Below, in pieces: positions 9,107 to 18,908 of a DNA stretch of 64,000 bases. Source of the DNA: Bacillota bacterium. GTDB taxonomy: Bacteria; Bacillota_I; Bacilli_A; RF39; UBA660. Location of the stretch: contig DOEC01000006.1 in the NCBI GenBank assembly GCA_003524085.1, forward strand, positions 1,146-65,145, in the 5' to 3' direction. Each line of letters starts with the position of its first letter. Position 1 is the first letter of the stretch. The position numbers and the translations under genes are program-made. The notes under the pieces are model-generated. The model did not search any database. It was not told the DNA's origin and saw only the letters and a list, made by a program, of their open reading frames with translations.

Positions 9107-9895
9107 TTATCCCTCCATTAATAAATAATTTAATAAAACTTCTACTTTGTTAGACTTTAACTTATCTTTTACTACACCTACTACTATATTCTTTTTTACT
9201 CCAATACCTTCTATAAATATTTTCTTAACTTTGTAACACCTCAACAATCCACCCTCATTAATACTTTGGTATGGTATATAGAAAAATGGAGTGTTTTTAA
9301 TTATACTTTCAAACTTTTTAGAATTAGTTATGATAACTGGTCTATTTGTATATGGATCTATTAAAGTGTTTCCTGTGTCCATGTAGCCTATGAGTTCTAG
9401 TTTACTTTCATTAATATAGATATCCACTTTATAATATAAACTATTAATTTCACGAATAACTTTCATTTGTTTATAATAGATATACATTATAATTGGAGTA
9501 CATATTAATATAAAGATGTAATTAATACTTATGCCTTTATGAAAAAATACCATACCAATATTCTTATAACTAAAGCTTACGTTTAAATAATATATAAACC
9601 CTCCTAAGATTATGCTTATTAAATAAAAATATACCAAGTTAGTTATAAAATACTTAAAGTCAGAATAACCAAATGTTATGAGTATTATCAAAACTGATAA
9701 AAATACCTTAAGTAAAAAGAGTGTTAAAGTAGTTAAGGGCACGAATAAAACAATGATAGTTATACTTCCTAGTAAAGAACCCAATACTATTTTTTTAATA
9801 GAAGTTCTTCTTTTAAGGACAATACTTGTAGTAAGTAAAAGTATAAAATCAAAAAAGAAGTTTAAAAATATTATTAAGTCAACATACACTTTCAT
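9107..9895 (-). CDS. spoIIGA: sigma-E processing peptidase SpoIIGA
   Basis: Polytopic membrane N-terminal half and an aspartic protease motif GYMDTGN in the C-terminal half. Adjacent to and co-oriented with sigE. Confidence 0.8.
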   Translation of the reverse strand: MKVYVDLIIFLNFFFDFILLLTTSIVLKRRTSIKKIVLGSLLGSITIIVLFVPLTTLTLFLLKVFLSVLIILITFGYSDFKYFITNLVYFYLISIILGGFIYYLNVSFSYKNIGMVFFHKGISINYIFILICTPIIMYIYYKQMKVIREINSLYYKVDIYINESKLELIGYMDTGNTLIDPYTNRPVIITNSKKFESIIKNTPFFYIPYQSINEGGLLRCYKVKKIFIEGIGVKKNIVVGVVKDKLKSNKVEVLLNYLLMEG

Positions 9896-9954
9896 GTAAC
9901 CACCAATACAAGTATAATAAAAACGACAAGCATATTTTGTCGTTTTATAGTTTT

Positions 9955-10761
9955 TTATTTTCTTTTTAATCCTTTAGAATATAATTCGTTATATGACCCA
10001 TCCATTAAAGCTATTTGCATGTCTTCATAAATAGACTTTAATTCTTCTAAAGCAATATCTTTAAACATAGTCTGTCCATATATTTCTTCATTAACAGGCT
10101 CTAAAATATTTAAGTGACTCTTTAAAGTACTAGCTATTAATCTAAAGTTAAAGTAATTAAACTTACCTTTTTCATTGATAAACTTATGATAGAAATCAAT
10201 TAATGGACTAATAGATACTAATGTAGGATCATTATATTTTAGTGAGTCTCTTAAACATCTAAGTAAATCAAACTCATCTATACTGTCTCTTGAAGATGAC
10301 ATTATTTCTTTGCTTTTAATTAAGCTTTCAATATATTTTATGTCTCTTGAGTTTTCTCTAAGAGTTTTTTCTAACATTCCTCGGTTTAACAAATCCTTGT
10401 CTTTCTTATAAAATATTGGAAGTGTTCTAACATCTTTTTTAGCACGATACATAATTACTAATTTATGATTATTTCTTAAGTCAACGTCATAGTTAGACTT
10501 TAGTTCAAAGTCATTATTAAATCTAGTAGTAAAATTATCAATTTCTTCTAGTGTTGAAGGCATGGTTACTTTTAAATATTTAGTAAATTCTGCATAGCCT
10601 TCACTATAATGAAAGACTAAATTTCCAAGAAAATACTTGTTTTTAGCATCATCATTATATTTAGCAATTAACCTTTTAATTTCAGAAGTACTATACTTTT
10701 TAAAACTTCTAGTTTCAACCCCAGCCTTAATTCCAATACTATATCTATTAACTTTACCCAT
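9955..10761 (-). CDS. hypothetical protein
   Basis: ORF with RBS; no recognisable motifs. Confidence 0.5.
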   Translation of the reverse strand: MGKVNRYSIGIKAGVETRSFKKYSTSEIKRLIAKYNDDAKNKYFLGNLVFHYSEGYAEFTKYLKVTMPSTLEEIDNFTTRFNNDFELKSNYDVDLRNNHKLVIMYRAKKDVRTLPIFYKKDKDLLNRGMLEKTLRENSRDIKYIESLIKSKEIMSSSRDSIDEFDLLRCLRDSLKYNDPTLVSISPLIDFYHKFINEKGKFNYFNFRLIASTLKSHLNILEPVNEEIYGQTMFKDIALEELKSIYEDMQIALMDGSYNELYSKGLKRK

Positions 10762-10847
10762 AAGACACCCCTTATCTAGTTAAAATTATACCATATTTTG
10801 TACAATATGTCAACTTTACACATAAAGGTACTTTATTTGAATATGAT

Positions 10848-10931
10848 TAATTTATGATAATTCTTAGCTGCTACTTTAGCATTTTCATTTATTATTTCAG
10901 TCTTTATATTACTTAAATATTTTTCTTCCAT
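10848..10931 (-). pseudogene. 5' remnant (~28 codons) of a fourth tandem DUF1016 paralog, truncated
   Basis: DNA at 10858-10931 is homologous to the first ~75 nt of the DUF1016 copies (MEEKYLSNIKTEIINENAKVAAKNY...), then reads into unrelated sequence and a stop. The same RBS junction (CCTCCT) is found between copies. Confidence 0.6.
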
Positions 10932-10943
10932 AAGCTTTTCCTC

Positions 10944-11852
10944 CTAACTAATTTGCACAGTTTTATTTATTTTAAATTCTACTATAGTTACTTGATTATC
11001 TTTTACGTAATGAGCTTCAAACTTATTTACTGACTTTGTTATAATTATTCCAATAGTACTATTTTGAGTTATATTTTTTAAGTGTTCGTCAATATAGTTC
11101 ATATACGTTTTTATTTGACCATAGTCACTTTTCTTATATTCTCTTGATTTTATCTCTACTACACAATATCTACTTTCAACCACATTATAAAATAGATAGT
11201 CTATATAATTCTTTTTGTCTCCAATGTTAAGTTTATATTCTCTTCCGACGTAAAAATATCCACCGCCTAATTGTTTCATAAAACTATCTAAGTTTTCATA
11301 AATAATTTCTTGTAATATTTTTTCAGTATAAACTTCATAACTTTTATTAGGTGTTAACACTATTGGACTGGGGACACTTTGAATTAAAGAAAGTTCTTCT
11401 TTATTTAAAAGACTTTCTTTTGCTTCAGTTGAGAGTCTACCATACTCATTACTCTTTATTCTTTCAGCTAATGCTCTTTTACTTAAATTATCTCGTTTAG
11501 TAATATGAATATAATACTTAATTTCTTTGATATCTCTTAGTGATAATAAAATCTTGTAATGACTCCACGTCAATTGTCGCTCCAGTGGAGCGACTTTTTG
11601 AATTAATAAATAAAATTGTTGTATCTTATATAAATCTTTTTCCTTATATCCACTTCCAAATTCCTTAGTTAAAATACTTGCATATTTTTTTACTATTCCT
11701 TCTCCATAGTGTTTACCTGCTTCTACTAGTTCCCTTCCTATATTATAATTCATTGTAAGTTTTACATTATTTATCTGATAATTCTTAGCTACTACTTTAG
11801 CATTTCCATTTATTATTTCAGTCTTTATATTACTTAAATATTCGTCTATCAT
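10944..11852 (-). CDS. DUF1016/YhcG-family PD-(D/E)xK nuclease-like protein, tandem copy 1
   Basis: N-terminal YhcG-like block (NYNIGRELVEAGKHYGEGIVKKYA...QLTWSHY). C-terminal PD-(D/E)xK core (IDYLFYN...CVVEIKSREYKKSDYGQ). Confidence 0.7.
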   Translation of the reverse strand: MIDEYLSNIKTEIINGNAKVVAKNYQINNVKLTMNYNIGRELVEAGKHYGEGIVKKYASILTKEFGSGYKEKDLYKIQQFYLLIQKVAPLERQLTWSHYKILLSLRDIKEIKYYIHITKRDNLSKRALAERIKSNEYGRLSTEAKESLLNKEELSLIQSVPSPIVLTPNKSYEVYTEKILQEIIYENLDSFMKQLGGGYFYVGREYKLNIGDKKNYIDYLFYNVVESRYCVVEIKSREYKKSDYGQIKTYMNYIDEHLKNITQNSTIGIIITKSVNKFEAHYVKDNQVTIVEFKINKTVQIS

Positions 11853-11864
11853 AAATTTTCCCTC

Positions 11865-12773
11865 CTAACTAATTTGCACAGTTTTGTTTATTTTAAATTC
11901 TACTATAGTTACTTGATTATCTTTTACATAATGTGCTTCAAACTTGTTTACTGATTTTGTTATAATTATTCCAATAGTATTATTTTGAGTTATATTTTTT
12001 AAGTGTTCGTCAATGTAGTTCATATACGTTTTTATTTGACCATAATCGCTTTTTCTATATTCTCTTGCTTTTATTTCAACTACACAATATCTACTGTCAA
12101 CTACATTATAAAATAGATAATCTATATAATTCTTTTTGTCTCCAATGTTAAGTTTATATTCCCTACCAATAAAAGCGTAGCCTCCACCAAGTTGATGCAT
12201 AAAATCTTCTATATTTTCAAAGATTATTTCTTGTAATATTTTTTCAGTATAAACTTTATAACTTTTATTAGATGTCAACACTATTGGACTTGGGACACTT
12301 TGAATTAAAGAAAGTTCTTCTTTATTTAAAAGACTTTCTTTTGTTCCATCTGAAAGTCTATCATACTCATCACTTCTTATTATTTCAGCTAATTTTCTAT
12401 AACTTAAATTATCTCTTATAGAAATATTAGTATAATAATTGATTTTATTGATATCTTTTAAAGGTAAAAGTAATCTTATGTGTTCCCAAGTCAATTGGTG
12501 CGGCAATGCCGCACCTTTTTCAAAAAGAACATAAAATTGACGCATTCTCTTTAAATTAGATACAGAATATCCACTTCCAAATTCCTTAGTTAAAATACTT
12601 GCATATTTTTTTACTATTCCTTCTCCATAGTGTTTACCTGCTTCTACTAGTTTCCTTCCTATATTATAATTCATTGTAAGTTTTACATTATTTATCTGAT
12701 AATTCTTAGCTGCTACTTTAGCATTTCCATTTATTATTTCAGTCTTTATATTACTTAAATATTCGTCTATCAT
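11865..12773 (-). CDS. DUF1016/YhcG-family PD-(D/E)xK nuclease-like protein, tandem copy 2
   Basis: Over 85% identical to copy 1, with 12-nt intergenic gaps; differences are concentrated in aa ~68-130. Confidence 0.7.
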   Translation of the reverse strand: MIDEYLSNIKTEIINGNAKVAAKNYQINNVKLTMNYNIGRKLVEAGKHYGEGIVKKYASILTKEFGSGYSVSNLKRMRQFYVLFEKGAALPHQLTWEHIRLLLPLKDINKINYYTNISIRDNLSYRKLAEIIRSDEYDRLSDGTKESLLNKEELSLIQSVPSPIVLTSNKSYKVYTEKILQEIIFENIEDFMHQLGGGYAFIGREYKLNIGDKKNYIDYLFYNVVDSRYCVVEIKAREYRKSDYGQIKTYMNYIDEHLKNITQNNTIGIIITKSVNKFEAHYVKDNQVTIVEFKINKTVQIS

Positions 12774-12785
12774 AAATTTTCCCTC

Positions 12786-13694
12786 CTAACTAATTTGCAC
12801 AGTTTTGTTTATTTTAAATCCTACTATAGTTACTTGATTATCTTTTACATAATGAGCTTCAAACTTATTTACTGATTTTGTTATAATTATTCCAATAGTA
12901 CTATTTTGAGTTATAGTTTTCAAGTGTTCGTCAATGTAGTTCATATACGTTTTTATTTGGCCATAATCGCTTTTCTTATACTCTCTTACTTTTATTTCAA
13001 CTACACAAAAACAGTTCATTTTGTAATTGTATAAAAGATAGTCTATATAATTCTTTTTATCTCCAATATTGAGTTTATATTCTCTACCAATAAAAGAGTA
13101 TTCTCCACCAAGTTGATGCATAAAATCTTCTATATTTTCAAATATTATTTCTTGTAATATCTTCTCATTATAAAATTCATAGCTTTTATTTGGTGTCAAT
13201 ACTATCGGACTGGGTATGCTTTGAATTATTGAAAGCTCTTCTTTGTTTAAAATACCCTCTTTCGTTTCAGTTGAAAGTCTGCCATACTCATTACTTCTTA
13301 TTCTTTCAGCCAATGCTCTTTTGCTTAAATTATCTCGTTTAGTAATACTAATATAATACTTGATTTCTTCTACATTTTTTAATGGTAAAAGTAATTTATA
13401 ATGAGACCAAGTCAAAAGTTGCCCCACTGGAGCAACTTTTTGACTTAAATCATAAAATTGCTTCATTCTTGTTAATTCTGTAAAAGTATATCCCTTACCA
13501 AATTCTACCGTTAATTCCTTTGCATATTTTTTTACTATTCCTTCTCCATAATGTTTACCAGCTTCTGCTAGTTCCTTACCAATATTATAGTTCATTGTAA
13601 GTTTTACATTGTTTATCTGATAATTTTTAGCTATTACTTTAGCATTACCATTTATTATTTCATTCTTTATATTTTCTAAATAATTGTCTATCAT
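12786..13694 (-). CDS. DUF1016/YhcG-family PD-(D/E)xK nuclease-like protein, tandem copy 3
   Basis: As copy 2. Confidence 0.7.
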   Translation of the reverse strand: MIDNYLENIKNEIINGNAKVIAKNYQINNVKLTMNYNIGKELAEAGKHYGEGIVKKYAKELTVEFGKGYTFTELTRMKQFYDLSQKVAPVGQLLTWSHYKLLLPLKNVEEIKYYISITKRDNLSKRALAERIRSNEYGRLSTETKEGILNKEELSIIQSIPSPIVLTPNKSYEFYNEKILQEIIFENIEDFMHQLGGEYSFIGREYKLNIGDKKNYIDYLLYNYKMNCFCVVEIKVREYKKSDYGQIKTYMNYIDEHLKTITQNSTIGIIITKSVNKFEAHYVKDNQVTIVGFKINKTVQIS

Positions 13695-13702
13695 AAATTT
13701 TT

Positions 13703-13777
13703 CCTCCTAATATATTTATTCGACAAAAAACGCGAAAAGTCTTTTTTTTATTTTGACTTTACGCGAAATTCGACGTG
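13703..13777. repeat. 75-bp leader/promoter block, copy A (direct repeat partner at 26208-26281)
   Basis: cctcctaatatatttattcgacaaaaaacgcgaaaagtctttttttt...acgcgaaattcgacgtg is about 90% identical to 26208-26281. Contains an imperfect inverted repeat CGCGAAAAGTC...GACTTTACGCG. Confidence 0.8.
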
Positions 13778-13864
13778 TTTTTTTACATGTTTTGTGTAAA
13801 CTAAGTTATAAAAAAAGAAAGGATAAACAACTTATAAAAGCTATTTGCTCCTTCCCCATAAAAA

Positions 13865-13900
13865 TTGATGCTTTAGCAAAAGTAAGCATCAATTATTTTT
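13865..13900 (-). terminator. rho-independent terminator downstream of the arc operon transporter gene
   Basis: 9-bp stem TTGATGCTT/AAGCATCAA, flanked by an A-run on plus (U-run on the minus transcript) and a T-run on plus, so possibly bidirectional. Confidence 0.6.
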
Positions 13901-13925
13901 TATTTTTTTTTGATTATTTGATTTT

Positions 13926-15368
13926 TTAAACAATTGAGAATAACATCAATACTAAAATGTTTACTATTGCAATTGTTATAACTACTTTTAATGCCCATTT
14001 GAACCAAGTTGAATAGTCTACTTTAGCAAGAGCAAGTCCTCCCATTATTGCTCCACAAGTTGGAGTTATTAAGTTTACTAATCCATTTGCACTTACAATA
14101 GTCATAGCCGCTACTTCAGTTGAATAACCTAAGCTTGCAGCAAGTGGTCCAGTTATTGGAGTTGAAAGTGTTGCAAGTCCACTACTTGATGGTACTAAGA
14201 ATGATAACACTATATGTAGTAAGTAGTTTAGTGGAACGAATACTAATTCTGGTAGTTTACTTAAATGTTCAGTTGCATTATAAATAATGTAATTGTCTAA
14301 GTAAGTTTGTTTCATTAATACAGAAGCTCCTCTTGCTACTGCTATTACTAAGATAACACCTATCATATCTTTTGTTCCATCAATAAATGTATCTACAAAC
14401 TCTTTTTCTTTGTAACCATTGATTAAAGATATTACTATACTCATTAAGAAGAACCAAAGTGCAGACTCGTAGAAGTACCAGTTACCTAAACTAGAGCCTG
14501 TAAGCCATCCAGTAAATCCATCAAAGAAAGTTATGTCAAATTCTCCCCATGGAATAAATCCTATAATCATTATTAAGAATGTTAAAGCAAAAACACATAA
14601 AGTTATTTTTTGTTTTGTAGTTAAAACTTCTTTTTGCTTTGATTTTTCCTCAAATTTACCAAATTCTTTTTCAGCTTCTTCTTGCTCTCTTAAAGAAAGT
14701 ATAGTTGAACCTTTATCTTTTTTAACTTTACTTGCATAAGCTAACACAAACAATGTTGATATTAGGTAAGCTAATAACCATAAGATTATGCCTATAAATA
14801 ATACAGTTCCTTGATTATATTCTACACCAGCTGCTCTTAAAGCAGATAATACAGCTCCTGTTGCAAATGGGTTAACTGTTGAACCAAGAACACCAGTACC
14901 AGCACCTAATAAAACTACTGCTGCACCTACAAGTGGGTCCATTCCTGCGGCAAACATCGTAGCTGCTAGAAGTACGTAGAAGCCAACTGTTTCTTCAAGC
15001 ATTCCATATGTTGTACCACAAATTGAGAAGATAAACATTAATATTGGTATTAACCATAATTCTTTACCTTTTAATTTTTGTACTAAAACTTTGATACCTG
15101 TTTCTAAAGCCTTAGTTTTGTCTATTATTTTAAGGAATCCTCCTAAAATAAGTACGAATATTGCAACATCTACAGCATTTTCAAATCCCAATATTGGTGC
15201 TAGTAAGATTTGGCTTAATTTAGCCCCTACTGTACCACTTCCATTTACTATTTCTTCACCAACGAATTTAGCATCTGGTAGTAAATGTGAAAGAATTCCA
15301 AGTACTACTATAACTATCATTATAATAGTATATGCTGATAACATGCTTCTATTCTTTTTCTTTGTCAT
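13926..15368 (-). CDS. YfcC/DcuC-like membrane transporter (putative arginine/ornithine antiporter of the ADI operon)
   Basis: Polytopic protein with YfcC-family signatures (NPF, YASKVKK); last gene of the arc operon. Confidence 0.55.
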   Translation of the reverse strand: MTKKKNRSMLSAYTIIMIVIVVLGILSHLLPDAKFVGEEIVNGSGTVGAKLSQILLAPILGFENAVDVAIFVLILGGFLKIIDKTKALETGIKVLVQKLKGKELWLIPILMFIFSICGTTYGMLEETVGFYVLLAATMFAAGMDPLVGAAVVLLGAGTGVLGSTVNPFATGAVLSALRAAGVEYNQGTVLFIGIILWLLAYLISTLFVLAYASKVKKDKGSTILSLREQEEAEKEFGKFEEKSKQKEVLTTKQKITLCVFALTFLIMIIGFIPWGEFDITFFDGFTGWLTGSSLGNWYFYESALWFFLMSIVISLINGYKEKEFVDTFIDGTKDMIGVILVIAVARGASVLMKQTYLDNYIIYNATEHLSKLPELVFVPLNYLLHIVLSFLVPSSSGLATLSTPITGPLAASLGYSTEVAAMTIVSANGLVNLITPTCGAIMGGLALAKVDYSTWFKWALKVVITIAIVNILVLMLFSIV

Positions 15369-15369
15369 A

Positions 15370-16305
15370 TTATTTTCCTCCTTTTATGACTGTACCATTT
15401 TTATATTCTAATGCGTCACTAGCGCATTCTAGCGATGTAATTATTGCAGTTTTATTTCTGTTTTCTACAAAATTTATACATGCTTCTATTTTAGGCAGCA
15501 TACTTCCAGGAGCAAACTGGTTATCACTTATATACTTTCTTGCTTCTTCTACTGTGATAGTATCTAACCCAGTCATATTTTCTTTATTGTAGTTTAAGTA
15601 TACTTTATCAACAGCAGTTAATATAAGTAACACATCAGCATCTACTTCTTTAGCAAGTAAACTAGCTGACTTATCTTTATCAATTACTGCATCTACTCCT
15701 TTTAGAAGATTATTTTCCATTATAACTGGAACTCCTCCACCTCCAGCACATATAACAATTACATCATCTTCAACAAGTTTTTTTATAACTTTGTCATTTA
15801 GTATTTTTTTAGGTATAGGAGATGGTACTACTCTTCTATATCCACGGCCTGCGTCTTCTTTAAAAATGTAACCTTTTTCACTTTCTATTACACTGGCTTC
15901 TTCTTTAGTGTAAAACATTCCAATAGGTTTAGTAGGATTTTTAAAACATCCATCATTTTTATCAACTAAGACCTCTGTTATTAAGGCTACTATAGATTTG
16001 TCAATGTCTCTTTTGTTTAGTTCATTCATTATTGACTGTTCTATATGGTAACCAATATAACCTTCACTCATACTACCACACTCTGCAAATGGCATTGATG
16101 GAGTAGCAGCACTTCCATTACTAGCATACTCCATTGCAAGAGAGATTTGCCCAACTTGCGGTCCATTTCCATGTGTAAGTATTACTTTGTTACCTTTTTC
16201 TATAAGGTCCACTATTACTTTAGAAACACCCTCTAGAATAGATAATTGTTCACTAGGAGTCTTCCCTAGAGCATTTCCTCCTAGAGCTATAACTATTTTA
16301 CTCAT
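15370..16305 (-). CDS. arcC: carbamate kinase
   Basis: [14 protein letters not shown]... family signature; operon context. Confidence 0.85.
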   Translation of the reverse strand: MSKIVIALGGNALGKTPSEQLSILEGVSKVIVDLIEKGNKVILTHGNGPQVGQISLAMEYASNGSAATPSMPFAECGSMSEGYIGYHIEQSIMNELNKRDIDKSIVALITEVLVDKNDGCFKNPTKPIGMFYTKEEASVIESEKGYIFKEDAGRGYRRVVPSPIPKKILNDKVIKKLVEDDVIVICAGGGGVPVIMENNLLKGVDAVIDKDKSASLLAKEVDADVLLILTAVDKVYLNYNKENMTGLDTITVEEARKYISDNQFAPGSMLPKIEACINFVENRNKTAIITSLECASDALEYKNGTVIKGGK

Positions 16306-17297
16306 TACTCTTCCCTCATTGTTAGATATATTACAGCTTTAATTGTATGTAATCTATTTTCAGCTTCATCAAATACTTTTGATTTTGGACTATTAAATAC
16401 TTCGTCAGTTACTTCCATTTCTTTTAGACCAAATTTTTCATATATCTCTTTTCCAATTGTTGTATTTAAATCATGAAATGATGGTAAGCAGTGTAAAAAT
16501 ATTGCGTTTTCGCTTGCATTTGACATAACACTCATGTTTACTTGATATGGACTAAGTAATTTAATACGACTAGCCCATACTTCATCTGCTTCTCCCATTG
16601 AAACCCATACGTCAGTATATATTACGTCAGCACTCTTAGTAGCAACATTTACGTCTTCTTCTAAAGTTATAGTACACCCATTAGTACTAGCAATTTCCTT
16701 ACAAGTATTAACTAACTCTTCTTGTGGCCATAATTCACGTGGAGCACATGCTACAAAGTTTATTCCCATTTTAGCACATACTACCATAAGTGAATTTGCA
16801 ACGTTGTTTCTAGCATCTCCCATAAATACTAACTTTAAGCCCTTTAAATATCCAAAGTTTTCTTCAATAGTCATAATATCTGCAAGCATTTGTGTTGGAT
16901 GAAATTCTGTTGTAAGTCCGTTCCATACAGGTACTCCAGCATTTTTGGCTAACTCTTCTACTATTGTTTGACTGTATCCACGATATTCTATTCCATCATA
17001 CATTCTACCTAATACTTTAGCAGTATCAGCAATACTTTCTTTTTTACCCATTTGACTAGCATTAGGATCTAAATACGTCACTCCCATACCAAGGTCAAGT
17101 GCAGCAACTTCAAAAGCACATCTTGTTCTAGTTGAAGTTTTTTCAAATAAAAGTACAATGTTTTTATTTGGTAAATATTTATGTTCAATATGTAATTTCT
17201 TTTTTTCTTTAAAATCTTTAGATATGTCTAGTAAAAACCTTATTTCTTCAGGTGTATAATCTAATAATTTTAAGAAATGTCTTCCTGTTAAATCCAT
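16305..17297 (-). CDS. arcB: ornithine carbamoyltransferase (catabolic)
   Basis: STRTRCAFE and HCLP motifs. Confidence 0.9.
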   Translation of the reverse strand: MDLTGRHFLKLLDYTPEEIRFLLDISKDFKEKKKLHIEHKYLPNKNIVLLFEKTSTRTRCAFEVAALDLGMGVTYLDPNASQMGKKESIADTAKVLGRMYDGIEYRGYSQTIVEELAKNAGVPVWNGLTTEFHPTQMLADIMTIEENFGYLKGLKLVFMGDARNNVANSLMVVCAKMGINFVACAPRELWPQEELVNTCKEIASTNGCTITLEEDVNVATKSADVIYTDVWVSMGEADEVWASRIKLLSPYQVNMSVMSNASENAIFLHCLPSFHDLNTTIGKEIYEKFGLKEMEVTDEVFNSPKSKVFDEAENRLHTIKAVIYLTMREE

Positions 17298-18541
17298 TAT
17301 ATATCCTCCCTAACTAGTGGCATACTCATACATCTTGGGCCACCTCTTCCACGTGATAATTCAGCACTTGGCATTTCAAGAACTTTTATTCCGTGTTCTC
17401 TTAGTATATTGTTAGTCATGTTGTTTCTATCGTATACTACTACTACACCAGGCGCTATACAAAGAGTGTTTGTTCCGTCATTCCATTGTTCTCTTTCACT
17501 AGATATTTTTTCTCCTCCAGCACATGGAATAAGTGTAATTTTCTTTCCAAGATATTTTTCTAATATTTCTTCTAAACTACCTTCTACTTTTTTAACATTT
17601 AAGTCTTCAAATGTAGTTGGATCATCTCCTTCAGTAATTTCGTAAACTTCTAGAGTGTTCATTATTCCTGGATGGTATGTAAACTTATCATAATCTATTT
17701 GTGTAAATACAGTGTCTAAATGCATAAATGCACGACTTTCTGGTATTTTGAAAGATAGTACTGTTTCTACTTCACAAGTAGGTTCTTTAAATAAGTTTTT
17801 AGCAAGTTCATCAATTGCGGCAGGCTCTGTTCTTTGTGAGATACCTACAGCAATAACTTTATTACTTATGTTTAATACGTCTCCACCTTCAATGTGGTAA
17901 GGTAGGTTTCTACTATAGTACCTTTTTACTTTACCCTTGAAGTCAGGATGATACTTGAATATAAAGTCAGCATATATAGTTTCTCTATTTCTAGTAACTG
18001 AATACATTCTATTTAGTATTGCCCCGTTACCACAGCTTGCGAATGGGTCTCTTGTAAAGTAGAGGTTTGGTATTGGGTCAGCTAAGAAGTCACTCTCATC
18101 ACTTACAAAGTCAACTAAGCTTTTTTCTACTTCTCTTTTTCTTAATGGTATTTCTTCTATTTTTATACCACTCATTGTTTTTAATACTAATTCTTTTTTA
18201 TCAGTAAAGCTATGTAAGTAGTCATATACTAGAGTTCTATATTTAGGAGTAGTTATTCCAGCTTCATAGATAAATTCTTTTAGAAATTCGTCTAGTATTT
18301 CTTCACTAATACTTAATACTTCACTAACTAGGTCTTCTAGATATACTACTTCTATACCATTTTCTTTTAGAATTCTTGCGAATTCGTCGTGTTCAGCTTG
18401 CGCGACTGGTAAGAAAGGTATATCATCAAATAAAAGTCTTCCTAATGTATCTGGAGTTAGATTAAGCAGTTCATTTCCAGGTCTATGAAGAAGTACTTTC
18501 TTAAGTGGACCTATTTCACTTTTAACATTAATTCCTTGCAT
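17297..18541 (-). CDS. arcA: arginine deiminase
   Basis: [22 protein letters not shown]..., 414 aa. Confidence 0.9.
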   Translation of the reverse strand: MQGINVKSEIGPLKKVLLHRPGNELLNLTPDTLGRLLFDDIPFLPVAQAEHDEFARILKENGIEVVYLEDLVSEVLSISEEILDEFLKEFIYEAGITTPKYRTLVYDYLHSFTDKKELVLKTMSGIKIEEIPLRKREVEKSLVDFVSDESDFLADPIPNLYFTRDPFASCGNGAILNRMYSVTRNRETIYADFIFKYHPDFKGKVKRYYSRNLPYHIEGGDVLNISNKVIAVGISQRTEPAAIDELAKNLFKEPTCEVETVLSFKIPESRAFMHLDTVFTQIDYDKFTYHPGIMNTLEVYEITEGDDPTTFEDLNVKKVEGSLEEILEKYLGKKITLIPCAGGEKISSEREQWNDGTNTLCIAPGVVVVYDRNNMTNNILREHGIKVLEMPSAELSRGRGGPRCMSMPLVREDI

Positions 18542-18908
18542 AAATCATTTCCTTTCTTTTGTAGTGTTCCTACTATAATAAGTATACCAGTAAAACTTAA
18601 GTTTTTCAACTAAAAAAACATATAAACTATTATTAATTTATATATTTTAATTTTAAATTATTTATTATATTAATGCACTCTGTAAGTTGACAAGAAGTTT
18701 TCTTTTTTCTTACAAAACGCAAGAAAGAAAGACGTCTATCTGTTAGTATTAAGATAAATGTTAACAAATAACCAAAGATTGGCGTCTAATCACTAAACGT
18801 TCCTTACGTTTATATTGTATACTATTTTTTGTTTTATGCAAGTATTTTTACTATTATGTTAATTATTTCATCTTTCATTGCATTGTAATTTAAATCATGA
18901 TGTTTATG

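Noticed and set aside
11560-11600. AAAAAG run followed by a strong hairpin in the mRNA as a programmed -1 ribosomal frameshift site
   Set aside because: The zero-frame codons are (C/G)AA-AAA-G.., not the X_XXY_YYZ arrangement needed for tandem slippage. No extended alternative frame follows.
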